Shown here: in pieces, positions 49,015 through 58,990 of the stretch
Position numbering within the stretch: the first letter of the stretch is position 1
Layout: the number at the start of each line of letters is the position of its first letter
Assembly: GCA_964449245.1 (NCBI GenBank)
Contig: CAYUXY010000001.1
Location: forward strand, 66,838-130,837
Direction of reading: 5' to 3'
DNA: 64,000 bases
Source: an uncultured Candidatus Saccharibacteria bacterium
GTDB taxonomy: Bacteria; Patescibacteriota; Minisyncoccia; UBA6257; GWB1-50-10
Program-made: the position numbers and the translations under genes
The notes under the pieces: generated by a model
What the model saw: only the letters and a program-made list of their open reading frames with translations
What the model was told of the DNA's origin: nothing
The model's database searches: none

Positions 49015-49728
49015 TTATTTTTGAGAGAACGGTATTTTCATTGACCTAAGTTTTTCAAATTCGATTAAGACTATAAGTGCAACTGCAATTAAGAAAAGAC
49101 TCGGATATATGAGTAGATTTTGATTTTGAAAAATTACTATAAGTCTGTTAAACGCGGTATGAATCAATGTCGCGGTAATAATTCCAATCGGAATAAAAAT
49201 AATGTTTTTCTTCGATATGTGTCCTTTTGCCCAATAATATCCGACAAGCGCGGAAGCGAGGGTGTGTAAAAGCGAGGCCCCTATGAATCTGATTACTGCG
49301 AGTTCAAATATTTCCGATACCGAAATGACGGAATAAATATCGAGAAAAAAGTTTGCAAATACAAAAATGTTTTCAACCGTCGCAAAGCCAAGCGCCGCAA
49401 CTACCATATAAATCATAGCGTCTACGGGTTCATCAAACGACGCATCTTTTCTGACGGATGCATATGTCGCAATGAATTTAAACAACTCTTCTATAAAAGC
49501 AAAAGAGACGAGGGCAATAAGCCCGTTTTTCTGCGATACGAAAGCGGAATTTTGCAGTATGAATTGCAAAAGCAGTACTATCGCGCTTATGAATACGCCG
49601 GAACTGAATATATAAATGAGGAGCCTTCTTGGCTCTGGGTTGGCGTCTTCTTTTAAAAAAAACGTAAGCCATACAATGGCAGGAATACACGCAATTATGA
49701 GAGCTACAAAGATCGTTAGTATGTCCAT
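49015..49728 (-). CDS. PrsW family intramembrane glutamic protease
   Basis: EELFK, ALGFATVEN, LLHT, IHTAFN motifs. Confidence 0.88.
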   Translation of the reverse strand: MDILTIFVALIIACIPAIVWLTFFLKEDANPEPRRLLIYIFSSGVFISAIVLLLQFILQNSAFVSQKNGLIALVSFAFIEELFKFIATYASVRKDASFDEPVDAMIYMVVAALGFATVENIFVFANFFLDIYSVISVSEIFELAVIRFIGASLLHTLASALVGYYWAKGHISKKNIIFIPIGIITATLIHTAFNRLIVIFQNQNLLIYPSLFLIAVALIVLIEFEKLRSMKIPFSQK

Positions 49729-49737
49729 ATATATCGG

Positions 49738-51903
49738 TTACTCTATATTTTCAATCATCAGAAATTCAGCTTTATTTTCAAAGGGGAACCTGGAATAAAT
49801 TTCTTCAGTAACAAATGGCATAAAAGGATGAAGCAGTTTAAGCGACTCGCGTAAAACGTTGGTTAAAATTTCGATTGTAGAGCCGACGCTTGTTTCGTTG
49901 TCCATCTGTTTCTTTGATGCTTCGAGGTATATGTCGCAAAAATCATGCCAGAAGAAATCATATAAATTGTGCAGTGCTCTGCTGAATTCAAACGCAGTTA
50001 TATCTTCTTCCGTACCTTTTTTAATTTTTGCCAACGCTGTTAGTATATTTGCATCAGCCTCCGTCTTCGGGGCAGAAACGCTTTTACCATTAGGATATTT
50101 TTCAATTTGCATTTCGATATACTTTCCGGCATTCCATATTTTATTTGCAAACTTTTTTCCCGCTTGAACCGCAGACTCATCCCATCTGATGTCCTGTCCT
50201 GTCGCTTGCCAGACAATTCCAAACCTTGTTGCGTCGGCGCCGAATTCATCGACATATTTTAAAGGATCAATTCCGGTGCCGAGGCTTTTAGACATTCTTT
50301 TGCCGTCTTTAGTAAGGATTGTTCCGTGAATCAATACCTTTTGGAATGGTTCTGTTTTATGAAATTCAATTCCGGAATATATCATCCTTGCCACCCAAAG
50401 ATTTAAAATGTCGCGAGCAGTTATAAGCGCAGTCCCAGGGTAATATTTTTCTATATCTTTTTCCGATAGTCCCGCAAAAGGCCAAAGAGCGGAGGAAAAC
50501 CACGTATCTAAAACGTCAGGCGATTGTTCCATTTCGCATTTTTTACAGAACGGACACGTATCCGGTTTTTCCGTAGCAACGACAAAATTGTCGGAGTATG
50601 AAGAATCTATTTCCGGATTATTTTTACAAAAATACACAGGGAGCCGGTGTCCCCACCATATTTGTCTTGATATCGTCCAATCGCGTATGTTTTCGAGCCA
50701 TGCCGAATAAGTTTTTTCAAAATTGTCCGGCGTTATGCTGATTCTATTTTCTTTTACTGATTCCAATGCTCTTTTTGCTAATGCATCCATTTTTAAAAAC
50801 CACTGTACGGACGGGATTGGTTCTATCGTTTGTCCGCATCTGTAACATACGGCAACGTTGTGATTATAATCTTCAATTTTTTCTAATAAGTGAACGGCAG
50901 ATAAGTCCTCAATTATTTTTTCTCTCGCTTCCTTTGTTTTCATTCCGGCATATTTTCCGGCAAGGTCATTCATTACTCCACGCGCGTCGATAACCTGAAC
51001 AGTCGGAAGATTGTGTCTTTGCCCGATTTCAAAGTCGAGTATGTCGTGAGCCGGCGTAACTTTAACTGCTCCGGTGCCAAAGTCCCGATCTACGGATTCG
51101 TCTCCAACAACGTGGATTACGGTATGTTTTTTTTGCGGAACATCCAAAGTTCCCTCTGTAGAGAGGCCCTCAATCTCAATTTCTTTGCCTATCAAGTGTT
51201 TATATCGCGTATCGTCCGGATGAACGGCGATTCCCGTATCTCCAAATTTTGTTTCCGGTCTTGTTGTCGCGAGTGTAAACGGCCCGTACTTTATGTAATA
51301 CAATTTCCCTTCTTCTTCTTTGTATTCGAGTTCGAGATCGGAAAGGCTCGTCGCGCATCTCGGACACCAGTTTATCGTTCTTTGCCCGCGGTACAGAAAA
51401 CCTTTTTCATAATAGTGAATGAACGCTTTTTCTACATCTTTCGCATAATTAGGGTCCATTGTGAACCGCGTGCGCGACCAATCGCACGAAACCCCGATTT
51501 TTTTAAGCTGGTCGTAAATTATATTGCCGTACTCATTTTTCCATTTCCAAACCTCTTCAATAAATTTTTCTCGTCCAAGGTCAAACCGCGTCTTGCCCTC
51601 CTTTTTCAGTTTTTTCTCGACCACATATTGCGTCGCTATGCCCGCATGATCTGTGCCCGGAAGATATAAAGTTTTATATCCGCGCATTCTGTGGAATCGA
51701 ATGACTATATCCTGAAAGGAGTTGTTTAATGTGTGTCCCATATGCAGTGTGCCGGTTACGTTTGGAAGAGGCATATATACCACGTAATTTTTGTCACGCT
51801 TGCCCGGAAGGTTGTCCGGATTAAAATATCCGGATTTTTCCCAATTGGCGTATATTTTACCCTCGGTTTCAAGCGGATTATATGCTCCATCAATTTTATT
51901 CAT
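49738..51903 (-). CDS. valS: Valine--tRNA ligase (lacks C-terminal coiled coil)
   Basis: PNVTGTLHMGH, GTDHAGIATQ, GTGAVKVTPAHD, DWTISRQIWWGH, RMSKS. Confidence 0.96.
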   Translation of the reverse strand: MNKIDGAYNPLETEGKIYANWEKSGYFNPDNLPGKRDKNYVVYMPLPNVTGTLHMGHTLNNSFQDIVIRFHRMRGYKTLYLPGTDHAGIATQYVVEKKLKKEGKTRFDLGREKFIEEVWKWKNEYGNIIYDQLKKIGVSCDWSRTRFTMDPNYAKDVEKAFIHYYEKGFLYRGQRTINWCPRCATSLSDLELEYKEEEGKLYYIKYGPFTLATTRPETKFGDTGIAVHPDDTRYKHLIGKEIEIEGLSTEGTLDVPQKKHTVIHVVGDESVDRDFGTGAVKVTPAHDILDFEIGQRHNLPTVQVIDARGVMNDLAGKYAGMKTKEAREKIIEDLSAVHLLEKIEDYNHNVAVCYRCGQTIEPIPSVQWFLKMDALAKRALESVKENRISITPDNFEKTYSAWLENIRDWTISRQIWWGHRLPVYFCKNNPEIDSSYSDNFVVATEKPDTCPFCKKCEMEQSPDVLDTWFSSALWPFAGLSEKDIEKYYPGTALITARDILNLWVARMIYSGIEFHKTEPFQKVLIHGTILTKDGKRMSKSLGTGIDPLKYVDEFGADATRFGIVWQATGQDIRWDESAVQAGKKFANKIWNAGKYIEMQIEKYPNGKSVSAPKTEADANILTALAKIKKGTEEDITAFEFSRALHNLYDFFWHDFCDIYLEASKKQMDNETSVGSTIEILTNVLRESLKLLHPFMPFVTEEIYSRFPFENKAEFLMIENIE

Positions 51904-51931
51904 AATGTTTTGATTATACAGATTTTTCTGA

Positions 51932-52969
51932 TTAAATTCCCAGCCCCGCCTTTGCTACGAGCTTACGATTTTTTTTCTTTAAAAAAGATATATATCCGGC
52001 GATTCCTATCATAACAGCATTATCCATATTGTTGTTAATTGGCGGGACAAAAAAATCAATCGCATTAAGTTTCGCCAGTTGTTTTATTTTTGATCGGAGT
52101 AATGCATTTGATGCGACTCCGCCGGAAACGAGTATTGATTTCGCATTATATCTGTCAATCGCCATCTTGGTTTTTTTGATGAGAACATCTATGGCGGCCT
52201 GTTCAAAAGAAGCGGCTATGTCAGCTTTATTGGTGTTAGGATTGTTACGCAAATAATAAAGCACGGAAGTTTTGAGTCCGGAATAGCTAAAATCGAAATT
52301 GTCCGAATGTATCATAGGTCTTGGAAACTCTATTGCTTGAGAGTTGCCTTTTTTTGCTAATTTTTGTATTTCGGGTCCTCCCGGATATGGAAGTCCGAGC
52401 ATTTTCGCCACTTTATCAAATGACTCGCCAACGGCGTCATCCCGAGTTTCTCCAAGTATCCGCCATTTTGAAAGAGATGTCATTAATAATAGAATCGTGT
52501 GCCCCCCGCTTACTATAAGAGCAATTGCGGGAAAAATGTTTTTTAAATTTTTTGCCCCAATCTTTTTGTCGAGAAAGAAACTCATTAAGTGTCCTTCAAG
52601 ATGGTTGACTCCAATTGTTTTCAGTTTCGGATTTTTTTGTCTTAATTTCTTTTTCAGTTCAAGCGCGAAATTTATGCCGGTCCATAAAGAAGGTTCGAGT
52701 CCTGGGCCCACTGTTACGCAAAGCATATCTATCTTGGAAACGGCCTTTTTTTTGTCGTCTATTATTTGCTCGAGAACAATAGGGAGATTTGCCATATGCT
52801 CTCTTTTGGCAAGATTAGGGACAACTCCTCCCCAAGGGCGGTGAATCTCATTTTGGGACGATATACGGCTTTTCAGTACTTTAAAGACTGGCTTGTTTAT
52901 TGTGCCGGACGCCTCTAATAGAGCAATTGCCGTATCGTCGCAGGATGTTTCTATAGAAAGAATTTTCAT
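51932..52969 (-). CDS. tsaD: tRNA t6A37 threonylcarbamoyltransferase TsaD
   Basis: IETSCDDT, GGVVPNLAKREH, VNHLEGH, VSGGHT, DDAVGESFDK, DNAVMI. Confidence 0.96.
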   Translation of the reverse strand: MKILSIETSCDDTAIALLEASGTINKPVFKVLKSRISSQNEIHRPWGGVVPNLAKREHMANLPIVLEQIIDDKKKAVSKIDMLCVTVGPGLEPSLWTGINFALELKKKLRQKNPKLKTIGVNHLEGHLMSFFLDKKIGAKNLKNIFPAIALIVSGGHTILLLMTSLSKWRILGETRDDAVGESFDKVAKMLGLPYPGGPEIQKLAKKGNSQAIEFPRPMIHSDNFDFSYSGLKTSVLYYLRNNPNTNKADIAASFEQAAIDVLIKKTKMAIDRYNAKSILVSGGVASNALLRSKIKQLAKLNAIDFFVPPINNNMDNAVMIGIAGYISFLKKKNRKLVAKAGLGI

Positions 52970-53040
52970 ACAGTCTAAATATTTCATTTCCGGCGATTCT
53001 TTGCAATTCGTACGGTTATCGTTATAGTGAAGGTAATTTT

Positions 53041-53409
53041 ATGATTCAACCTTTTTTCATATTCAGTGATTTGGCATTTTTTGCCTTGAGGCTTGTTCTT
53101 GGAATTGTTGGAATAAGGCACGGTATATCGAATTTGTCTGATCACGAAAGGCAAAACGCAAAAATATGTAAAGCGCTTGCTTACGCGGATATTGTTTTTG
53201 GTTTGTGTTTGCTCACAGGATTTTTAACGCAAATAACTTCGCTTTTTTTTATTTTCCGTTTTGCGGGCGACATAATTTCAGGATACAAAAAAAATAATTT
53301 AGAGCGGAAAGAATTTTTTATCCTTGCTATTACGGGGATGTTTGTGCTTCTAACAGTTGGAGGAGGATTGTTTTCCGCGGATAAGATATTTCGAATTTTG
53401 GTTTATTAA
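53041..53409 (+). CDS. DoxX family membrane protein
   Basis: LRLVLG...HG, GLCLLTGFLT, GGGLFSAD. Confidence 0.75.
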   Translation: MIQPFFIFSDLAFFALRLVLGIVGIRHGISNLSDHERQNAKICKALAYADIVFGLCLLTGFLTQITSLFFIFRFAGDIISGYKKNNLERKEFFILAITGMFVLLTVGGGLFSADKIFRILVY

Positions 53410-54923
53410 TGAAAAAAGTTTTTAGAAAAATTGTTGAAAGGTGTACGAGTCGCCGATTTTTTGAGGCCATACCCGGAATATTCGCATGGATTATTTTAGC
53501 AAGCCTCATTTTTTTCTCTTGGAGACTGCCCATCTGGGTAGTCTTTTTTATGGTGCTCTATGACTTATATTGGCTTTTGAAAACCATATATCTTTCTTTT
53601 TATCTTAGGCACACATTTCAGAAAATGAGACGTTATCTAAAAATCGACTGGCTTGAAAAACTAAAGACGGAACACAAGGAAAAATGGGAAGACGTTTATC
53701 ATTTAATAATTATTCCCGTATATCATGAGCCGTATGCCGTCGTACGAAGATGTATAAAAAATCTTTCGGAAATGCAGTATCCTCTTGAAAAATTTTTAAT
53801 AACTTTTGCAATCGAAGAAAGAGGAGGGGAGAAAGATCGTGAAATAAGCGAACGGATGTATGAAGAATTCAAAAACGTTTTTGGCGGAATGATTGTCACA
53901 GTCCATCCGCACGGAATTTCAGGGGAATTGCCGGGGAAGGGTTCAAACACCGCTTGGAGCGCAAAAAGAGCGCAAGAACAATTTATCGATGCGCGCAAAA
54001 TCCCGCACGAAGATGTGCTCGTCTCTGTTTTTGATGTGGACACTCTTCCGGCGCGCGGATATTTTGCAACTCTTGCGCATTCATTTCTGTCTAATTGCGA
54101 TGGGCATAAGCGGAGTTATCAGCCGATTCCTGTATATACTAACAATTTTCACAAAGTTTCTGCTTTTTCGAGACTGGTTGGATTCTCGGCGACGTTTTGG
54201 CAGATGATGCAACAGTCGAGGCCGGAGCAAAATGTTTCTTTTTCTTCGCACACAACTCCGCTTAAGGCGCTGATAGACGTCGGATACTGGCACACGGATA
54301 TAGTGTCCGAAGATTCACGCATCTTTTTTCAATGCCTCGTGCATTATAAAGGCGATTGGAAGGTAGAGCCTCTTTTTTACCCTGTATATATGGACGCTGT
54401 TGATGGAAATGGATTTTGGGATTCTCTTAAAAATTTATACAAACAACAAAGGCGATGGGCTTGGGGTGTCGAAAATTTCGGATACATCATGGAAGAGTTT
54501 TTAAAAAGAAAGAAAATTCCTCTCAAAACAAAATTATTTTGGATATGGCAGAATCTCGACGGAAAAGTTTCTTGGGCGACAAGCTCATTTATCATATTTC
54601 TTTTCGGATGGATGCCAAATGCGCTTGGCGGAGATGCGTTCAATATGACCGTTTTTTCATATAATCTTCCCCGCGTCACGGAGTTGCTTATCCGTGTTGC
54701 GACGATCGGTATTGCCTCATCGGCGTTTTTAAGCACATTTTTAATTCCGGCTAATTCGACAGAAAAGAAAAAAACACCGATGATCCTCTATTTATTGCAG
54801 TGGATATTAACCCCTTTTACTTTGATAGTGTTTAGCAGTCTTCCTGCGCTTGATGCATTGACGAGGGCCATAATCGGAGGTAAATATCGTCTCGGTTTTT
54901 GGAGAACGCCGAAAGTAGGATAA
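53409..54923 (+). CDS. Membrane glycosyltransferase family 2 (processive-type motifs)
   Basis: IIPVYHEP, GKGSN, FDVD, SED, QQRRW motifs; flanking TM helices. Confidence 0.85.
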   Translation: MKKVFRKIVERCTSRRFFEAIPGIFAWIILASLIFFSWRLPIWVVFFMVLYDLYWLLKTIYLSFYLRHTFQKMRRYLKIDWLEKLKTEHKEKWEDVYHLIIIPVYHEPYAVVRRCIKNLSEMQYPLEKFLITFAIEERGGEKDREISERMYEEFKNVFGGMIVTVHPHGISGELPGKGSNTAWSAKRAQEQFIDARKIPHEDVLVSVFDVDTLPARGYFATLAHSFLSNCDGHKRSYQPIPVYTNNFHKVSAFSRLVGFSATFWQMMQQSRPEQNVSFSSHTTPLKALIDVGYWHTDIVSEDSRIFFQCLVHYKGDWKVEPLFYPVYMDAVDGNGFWDSLKNLYKQQRRWAWGVENFGYIMEEFLKRKKIPLKTKLFWIWQNLDGKVSWATSSFIIFLFGWMPNALGGDAFNMTVFSYNLPRVTELLIRVATIGIASSAFLSTFLIPANSTEKKKTPMILYLLQWILTPFTLIVFSSLPALDALTRAIIGGKYRLGFWRTPKVG

Positions 54924-54971
54924 ACGCGTTGTCGTAGTGCTTGAGGATGTTTATTTTGGGTTTGTCGAAGA

Positions 54972-55001
54972 AAAATAGCCTTGTGGATAACAGGCTATTT
55001 T
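54972..55001 (+). terminator. Hairpin after GT2 gene; loop is a perfect DnaA box
   Basis: AAAATAGCCT-TGTGGATAAC-AGGCTATTTT; TGTGGATAA at 54982-54990. Confidence 0.55.
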
Positions 55002-55029
55002 ATATAGCTTGTTATGATATAATACAAAT

Positions 55030-55172
55030 GTAAGGTCTTGTGTGTGAGCAAGACTTTATAAGCGGAAGTCCGGCCGACTTCCACCAAATAGAACCTTAAA
55101 ATACTAGAGCCCTTATGGGCCATAATATATGTAAAGGGCGTCTTCTTGTAAGACGCTCTAACCTTTTTTATT
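55030..55172 (+). ncRNA. Candidate structured RNA/leader upstream of recO
   Basis: Extended -10 TGATATAAT (55015-55023), then four hairpins, the last followed by a U tract; no ORF. Confidence 0.4.
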
Positions 55173-55202
55173 TCCGCAACAATGGCGTGTATTATGTAAT
55201 AA

Positions 55203-55739
55203 ATGAAAGAATTTGTAACAGATGTATTTATTCTCGCCGTCTATCCGCGAGGGGAGTATGACACGGAGGCGGTATTTTTTTCTCCGGATTTTGGTAAATT
55301 TCACGCAGTGCTTGTGAGCGGAAGAAAACCGACGTCAAAATTTTCTCCGCATTGTGTTCTCGGAAATTTTGCGATAGTCCGCGCAGTTTATAAAAACAGA
55401 TTTACGGTTACCGATATAGTGTCTAAAAAGCCCTTATTTCAAAATGCGAAAGATGCCCAGTTTTTGAAACGTATGTTCCTTCTTACGGATTTTCTAAATA
55501 AAAATTTACCGGACTTAGAGCCAAACACAGAGTTATGGGAAAAAATAAACGAAGATTTTTCAAAGGGTGCGATAGAATTTTTTCCGTATTTGTCTCAGCT
55601 CGGGTACGATTCGTCGCTTTCCGCGTGCGCATTCTGCGGAAACAAAAATATATATGCGTTTATGTTTAAAAATCAGGAATTTTTATGCAAGAGTTGTCTT
55701 TCCAAAACAGGCAAAAATGAATTATCATTAATTATATAA
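55203..55739 (+). CDS. recO: DNA repair protein RecO (short form)
   Basis: N-terminal OB-like GEYD..FFSPDFGK, C-terminal CxxC...CxxC; upstream of glyQS. Confidence 0.75.
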   Translation: MKEFVTDVFILAVYPRGEYDTEAVFFSPDFGKFHAVLVSGRKPTSKFSPHCVLGNFAIVRAVYKNRFTVTDIVSKKPLFQNAKDAQFLKRMFLLTDFLNKNLPDLEPNTELWEKINEDFSKGAIEFFPYLSQLGYDSSLSACAFCGNKNIYAFMFKNQEFLCKSCLSKTGKNELSLII

Positions 55740-55749
55740 AATATAAATT

Positions 55750-57624
55750 ATGTCACTCGACGATTTGGAAAAAGAATTATATGAATTTAACGAAAGCAAA
55801 AAACCGGAGAAAGATGCCGATAAAAACGCCGACGTTTCAACTAAAAAACCGCAAGAATTCGGTGGATGGGAAAACGACGACGATGCGATAGCGAACAAAA
55901 AATCCGGAAAAGCGAAAAATGCCATAAAAATAGCTTATGCTATTTTAGGTATCGCGATAATTGCTACGGTAAGTGTGGTTTTTTTGAGATATGGAGGAGA
56001 TTCGAGCGGAATAGTGGTAGAGATACAATCGCCAGATTCGGTGAGTAGAGGAGTGCCGTTTGAGGTTGTAGTGCAGATTGCAAACGGAATAGATAATTTT
56101 ACAGAAGAGGGCGTTGTATCTATTAACACTACGAGCGGTCTTCTAAATGCGGAAAATCTTTCAGGTAAAACGATTATAACCGAAGAAGTTGGCGACTTAG
56201 GAGGCGGAAGCCTTGTCAGAAAAACGTTTAAACTGTTTCCTCTGGGAGACATAAATTCAGCGCAAAAAATAAATGTTAGATTCTCTTTTGTTTCGTCAAA
56301 AACAAAATACGAAATCGAAAAAGACAAAAGTATTTCAATAGGCGATCCCGCCATAAAATTAACGGTGGAAAAACCGGAACAGGTTATGTCAGGCTCGGAT
56401 TTCAAAATGATTATAGGTTACGAAAATGGTTCGGATTCGGATTTCTCCGATATGGCACTGAAGATTGAATATCCGTCCGGATACACATTTAAAGAAGCGA
56501 CGTACAATCCGGCATCGCTCAATAATTATTGGAAGCTCGGAGAAGTGAAAGCCGGAACAAAAGGAAGTATACAAATAACGGGCTCGATTGACGCAACTGA
56601 CGCGAGTTCGTTCGATTTTCCTGTCTCGGCGTTCGTGGCTTTTTTGGGAGAAGACAGACTCGTCGCGGAGAAGACTGTAAATGTATTTATTGCGCCGTCC
56701 CCGATTGCTATGAGAATTATTGCAAACGGGAATGAAAACTTTATAGCTCATGCAGGGAGTCAGATAAAATATTCAATAAGGTATGAAAACAAAAGCGGAA
56801 TATCACTTGCGGATGCCGTCATTAAGGCGGAACTTGATGGAGATATGTTTGATTTGAAAACTCTCGTATCAAACGGAAGCTTTGACTCGCGGACGAATAC
56901 GATTACGTGGACCGCTTCAAAGGTTTCGGAACTGACACTGCTTGATCCGGGTGCGACGGGGGAAGTAAATTTCACGGTTAAATTATTATCAGAATTACCG
57001 GTTAAGCGATCCAGCGATAAGAATTTTATTTTAAAAGTAAATTCGTCTATGGAATCTCCCTCCGTACCGTATTATATTTCCGGAGATAAAACTACGGGTT
57101 TTGCGTTACTCGAAACAAAAGTTGCCGGAACGGTGTCGTTTGACGCAAAGGCTTTTTATCGCGATTCGCTCGCGCAAATAATTAATTCGGGAGTTCTTCC
57201 TCCGAAGGTCAATCAAGCAGTTCAATATACTATACATTGGAACATTTCTAACTATGGAAGCGAGCTCCGCGATGTTACCGTGAAAGCTTCGCTTGAATCA
57301 GGCGTCAGATGGACGGGAGTTGTAAAAAGCAATATGAGCGTACTGCCTACGTATGATTCAAGAACGAATGAAGTGACGTGGAAAGTTGAAAAAATACAGG
57401 CAAATAGGGGTCTTTTTGATGATCCAGCGGAAGCCGTCTTTCAGGTAGAAGTTATTCCGAATATAACGCAAGTCGGACGGGCGATACCAATTTTAAGCAC
57501 ATCCGTTTTCTCGGGTACGGATAACTTCACAGACTCTTCCGTATCCGATACGGACACCGCAATTACGACTCTTTTGCCGGATGACAAAACTGTTGGCAGA
57601 AACGATGGAATCGTGGTTCAATAG
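55750..57624 (+). CDS. Membrane-anchored surface protein with tandem Ig-like (DUF11-like) domains
   Basis: One TM helix, then repeated beta-sandwich patterns (YSIRYEN, TITW, YTIHW, EVTW). Confidence 0.7.
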   Translation: MSLDDLEKELYEFNESKKPEKDADKNADVSTKKPQEFGGWENDDDAIANKKSGKAKNAIKIAYAILGIAIIATVSVVFLRYGGDSSGIVVEIQSPDSVSRGVPFEVVVQIANGIDNFTEEGVVSINTTSGLLNAENLSGKTIITEEVGDLGGGSLVRKTFKLFPLGDINSAQKINVRFSFVSSKTKYEIEKDKSISIGDPAIKLTVEKPEQVMSGSDFKMIIGYENGSDSDFSDMALKIEYPSGYTFKEATYNPASLNNYWKLGEVKAGTKGSIQITGSIDATDASSFDFPVSAFVAFLGEDRLVAEKTVNVFIAPSPIAMRIIANGNENFIAHAGSQIKYSIRYENKSGISLADAVIKAELDGDMFDLKTLVSNGSFDSRTNTITWTASKVSELTLLDPGATGEVNFTVKLLSELPVKRSSDKNFILKVNSSMESPSVPYYISGDKTTGFALLETKVAGTVSFDAKAFYRDSLAQIINSGVLPPKVNQAVQYTIHWNISNYGSELRDVTVKASLESGVRWTGVVKSNMSVLPTYDSRTNEVTWKVEKIQANRGLFDDPAEAVFQVEVIPNITQVGRAIPILSTSVFSGTDNFTDSSVSDTDTAITTLLPDDKTVGRNDGIVVQ

Positions 57625-57629
57625 TGGAT

Positions 57630-58949
57630 ATGGATATTTTTGAAAAAGTTTACAGTCTCGCAAAAAGAAGGGGATTCGTATATCCAGGATCGGAAATATA
57701 CGGAGGGATATCCGGAATGTGGGACTACGGTCCTCTCGGGGTTGAGCTAAAACGAAATATAAAAGAAGCATTTTGGAATTTTGCCGTGCGTGGGCACGAT
57801 AATGTAGTTGGTATCGATTCGGCGATTATTATGCATTCCAAAGTGTGGGAGGCGTCAGGCCATCTCGATTCATTTTCCGATCCGCTAGTGGAGTGTAAAA
57901 AATGTCACCACAGATTTCGCGCGGACAAAATCGAAACAAGCGTGTGTCCGGATTGTGGCGGAGAATTTACCGAGGCAAAACAATTTAATCTTATGGTTGA
58001 AACATATCTCGGCGTCGTTGAAGGCGAAAAACAGAAGGCGTACCTTCGCGGAGAAATTACGCAGGGAGTTCATATAAATTTTAAAAATGTTTTGTCTTCA
58101 ACGAGGGTTCAATTGCCATTTGGAATCGCGCAAGTCGGAAAGGCGTTTAGAAATGAAATTACTCCCGGTCAATTTACATTTCGCTCACGCGAATTCGAGC
58201 AAATGGAAATTCAGTTTTATGTGAAACCCGAAGAAAAAGAATCGGAGAAGTGGTTTGAATATTGGAAAGAAGCTCGGAGAGATTGGTATGTCTCTCTTGG
58301 AATTAAAAAAGATAATCTTCATTTTAAAGAGCACGAAAAAGACGAACTGGCGCACTATGCCAGAAAAGCTTTTGACATCGAATATAATACCGGACGGGAT
58401 GGCAATGAAGATTGGAAAGAAGTCGAGGGCATTCATCATAGGGGAGATTGGGATTTAAGACGTCATAGCGAATATTCAAAAGAAGATTTCACATATTTTG
58501 ACGAAGAGACAAAAGAACGCTATCTACCGTGGATAATAGAAACATCGGGCGGAGTTGACCGCGCAGCGCTCTTTTTCTTGATGGATGCGTATACCGAAGA
58601 AACTACGGAAGGTGGCGATGAACGCGTTGTGTTGAAATTACATCCAAAAATAGCTCCGTTTAAAGCGGCTGTTTTCCCACTTCTTGCAAATAAACCGGAA
58701 CTCGTCTCGAAAGCAAGGGAAATATATAACGAACTCAAGCGCGATATGATGATCGCGTGGGATGACAGAGGAAATATAGGAAAGCGGTATCGCGCGCAAG
58801 ATGAGGCGGGAACGCCATATTGTATTACGGTTGATTTTGATAGTTTGGAAAAAGGAGATGTCACAGTCCGCGACCGCGACACGATGAAGCAAGAGAGAGT
58901 CAAAATCAGTGAAATCGGCGAATTTTTGAAAAGAAAAACAAATACATAA
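57630..58949 (+). CDS. glyQS: Glycine--tRNA ligase (alpha2 type)
   Basis: SEIYGG, YLRGEITQG, GKAFRNEITP, FRSREFEQME, IGKRYRAQDEAGTP. Confidence 0.96.
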   Translation: MDIFEKVYSLAKRRGFVYPGSEIYGGISGMWDYGPLGVELKRNIKEAFWNFAVRGHDNVVGIDSAIIMHSKVWEASGHLDSFSDPLVECKKCHHRFRADKIETSVCPDCGGEFTEAKQFNLMVETYLGVVEGEKQKAYLRGEITQGVHINFKNVLSSTRVQLPFGIAQVGKAFRNEITPGQFTFRSREFEQMEIQFYVKPEEKESEKWFEYWKEARRDWYVSLGIKKDNLHFKEHEKDELAHYARKAFDIEYNTGRDGNEDWKEVEGIHHRGDWDLRRHSEYSKEDFTYFDEETKERYLPWIIETSGGVDRAALFFLMDAYTEETTEGGDERVVLKLHPKIAPFKAAVFPLLANKPELVSKAREIYNELKRDMMIAWDDRGNIGKRYRAQDEAGTPYCITVDFDSLEKGDVTVRDRDTMKQERVKISEIGEFLKRKTNT

Positions 58950-58990
58950 AATTTGCCGTTCAAGTATTCGAGTAGTATTGTTGAATACAA

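Noticed and set aside
54982-54990. Replication origin at the DnaA box
   Set aside because: Only one perfect box was seen, with no cluster and no dnaA/dnaN nearby.
55061-55095. tmRNA or RNase P RNA (GGAAGTCC motif, ...CCACCA)
   Set aside because: No T-loop precedes the ACCA, there is no GGGG 5' acceptor strand or tag ORF, and the region is too short and lacks the 3' P4 strand of RNase P.
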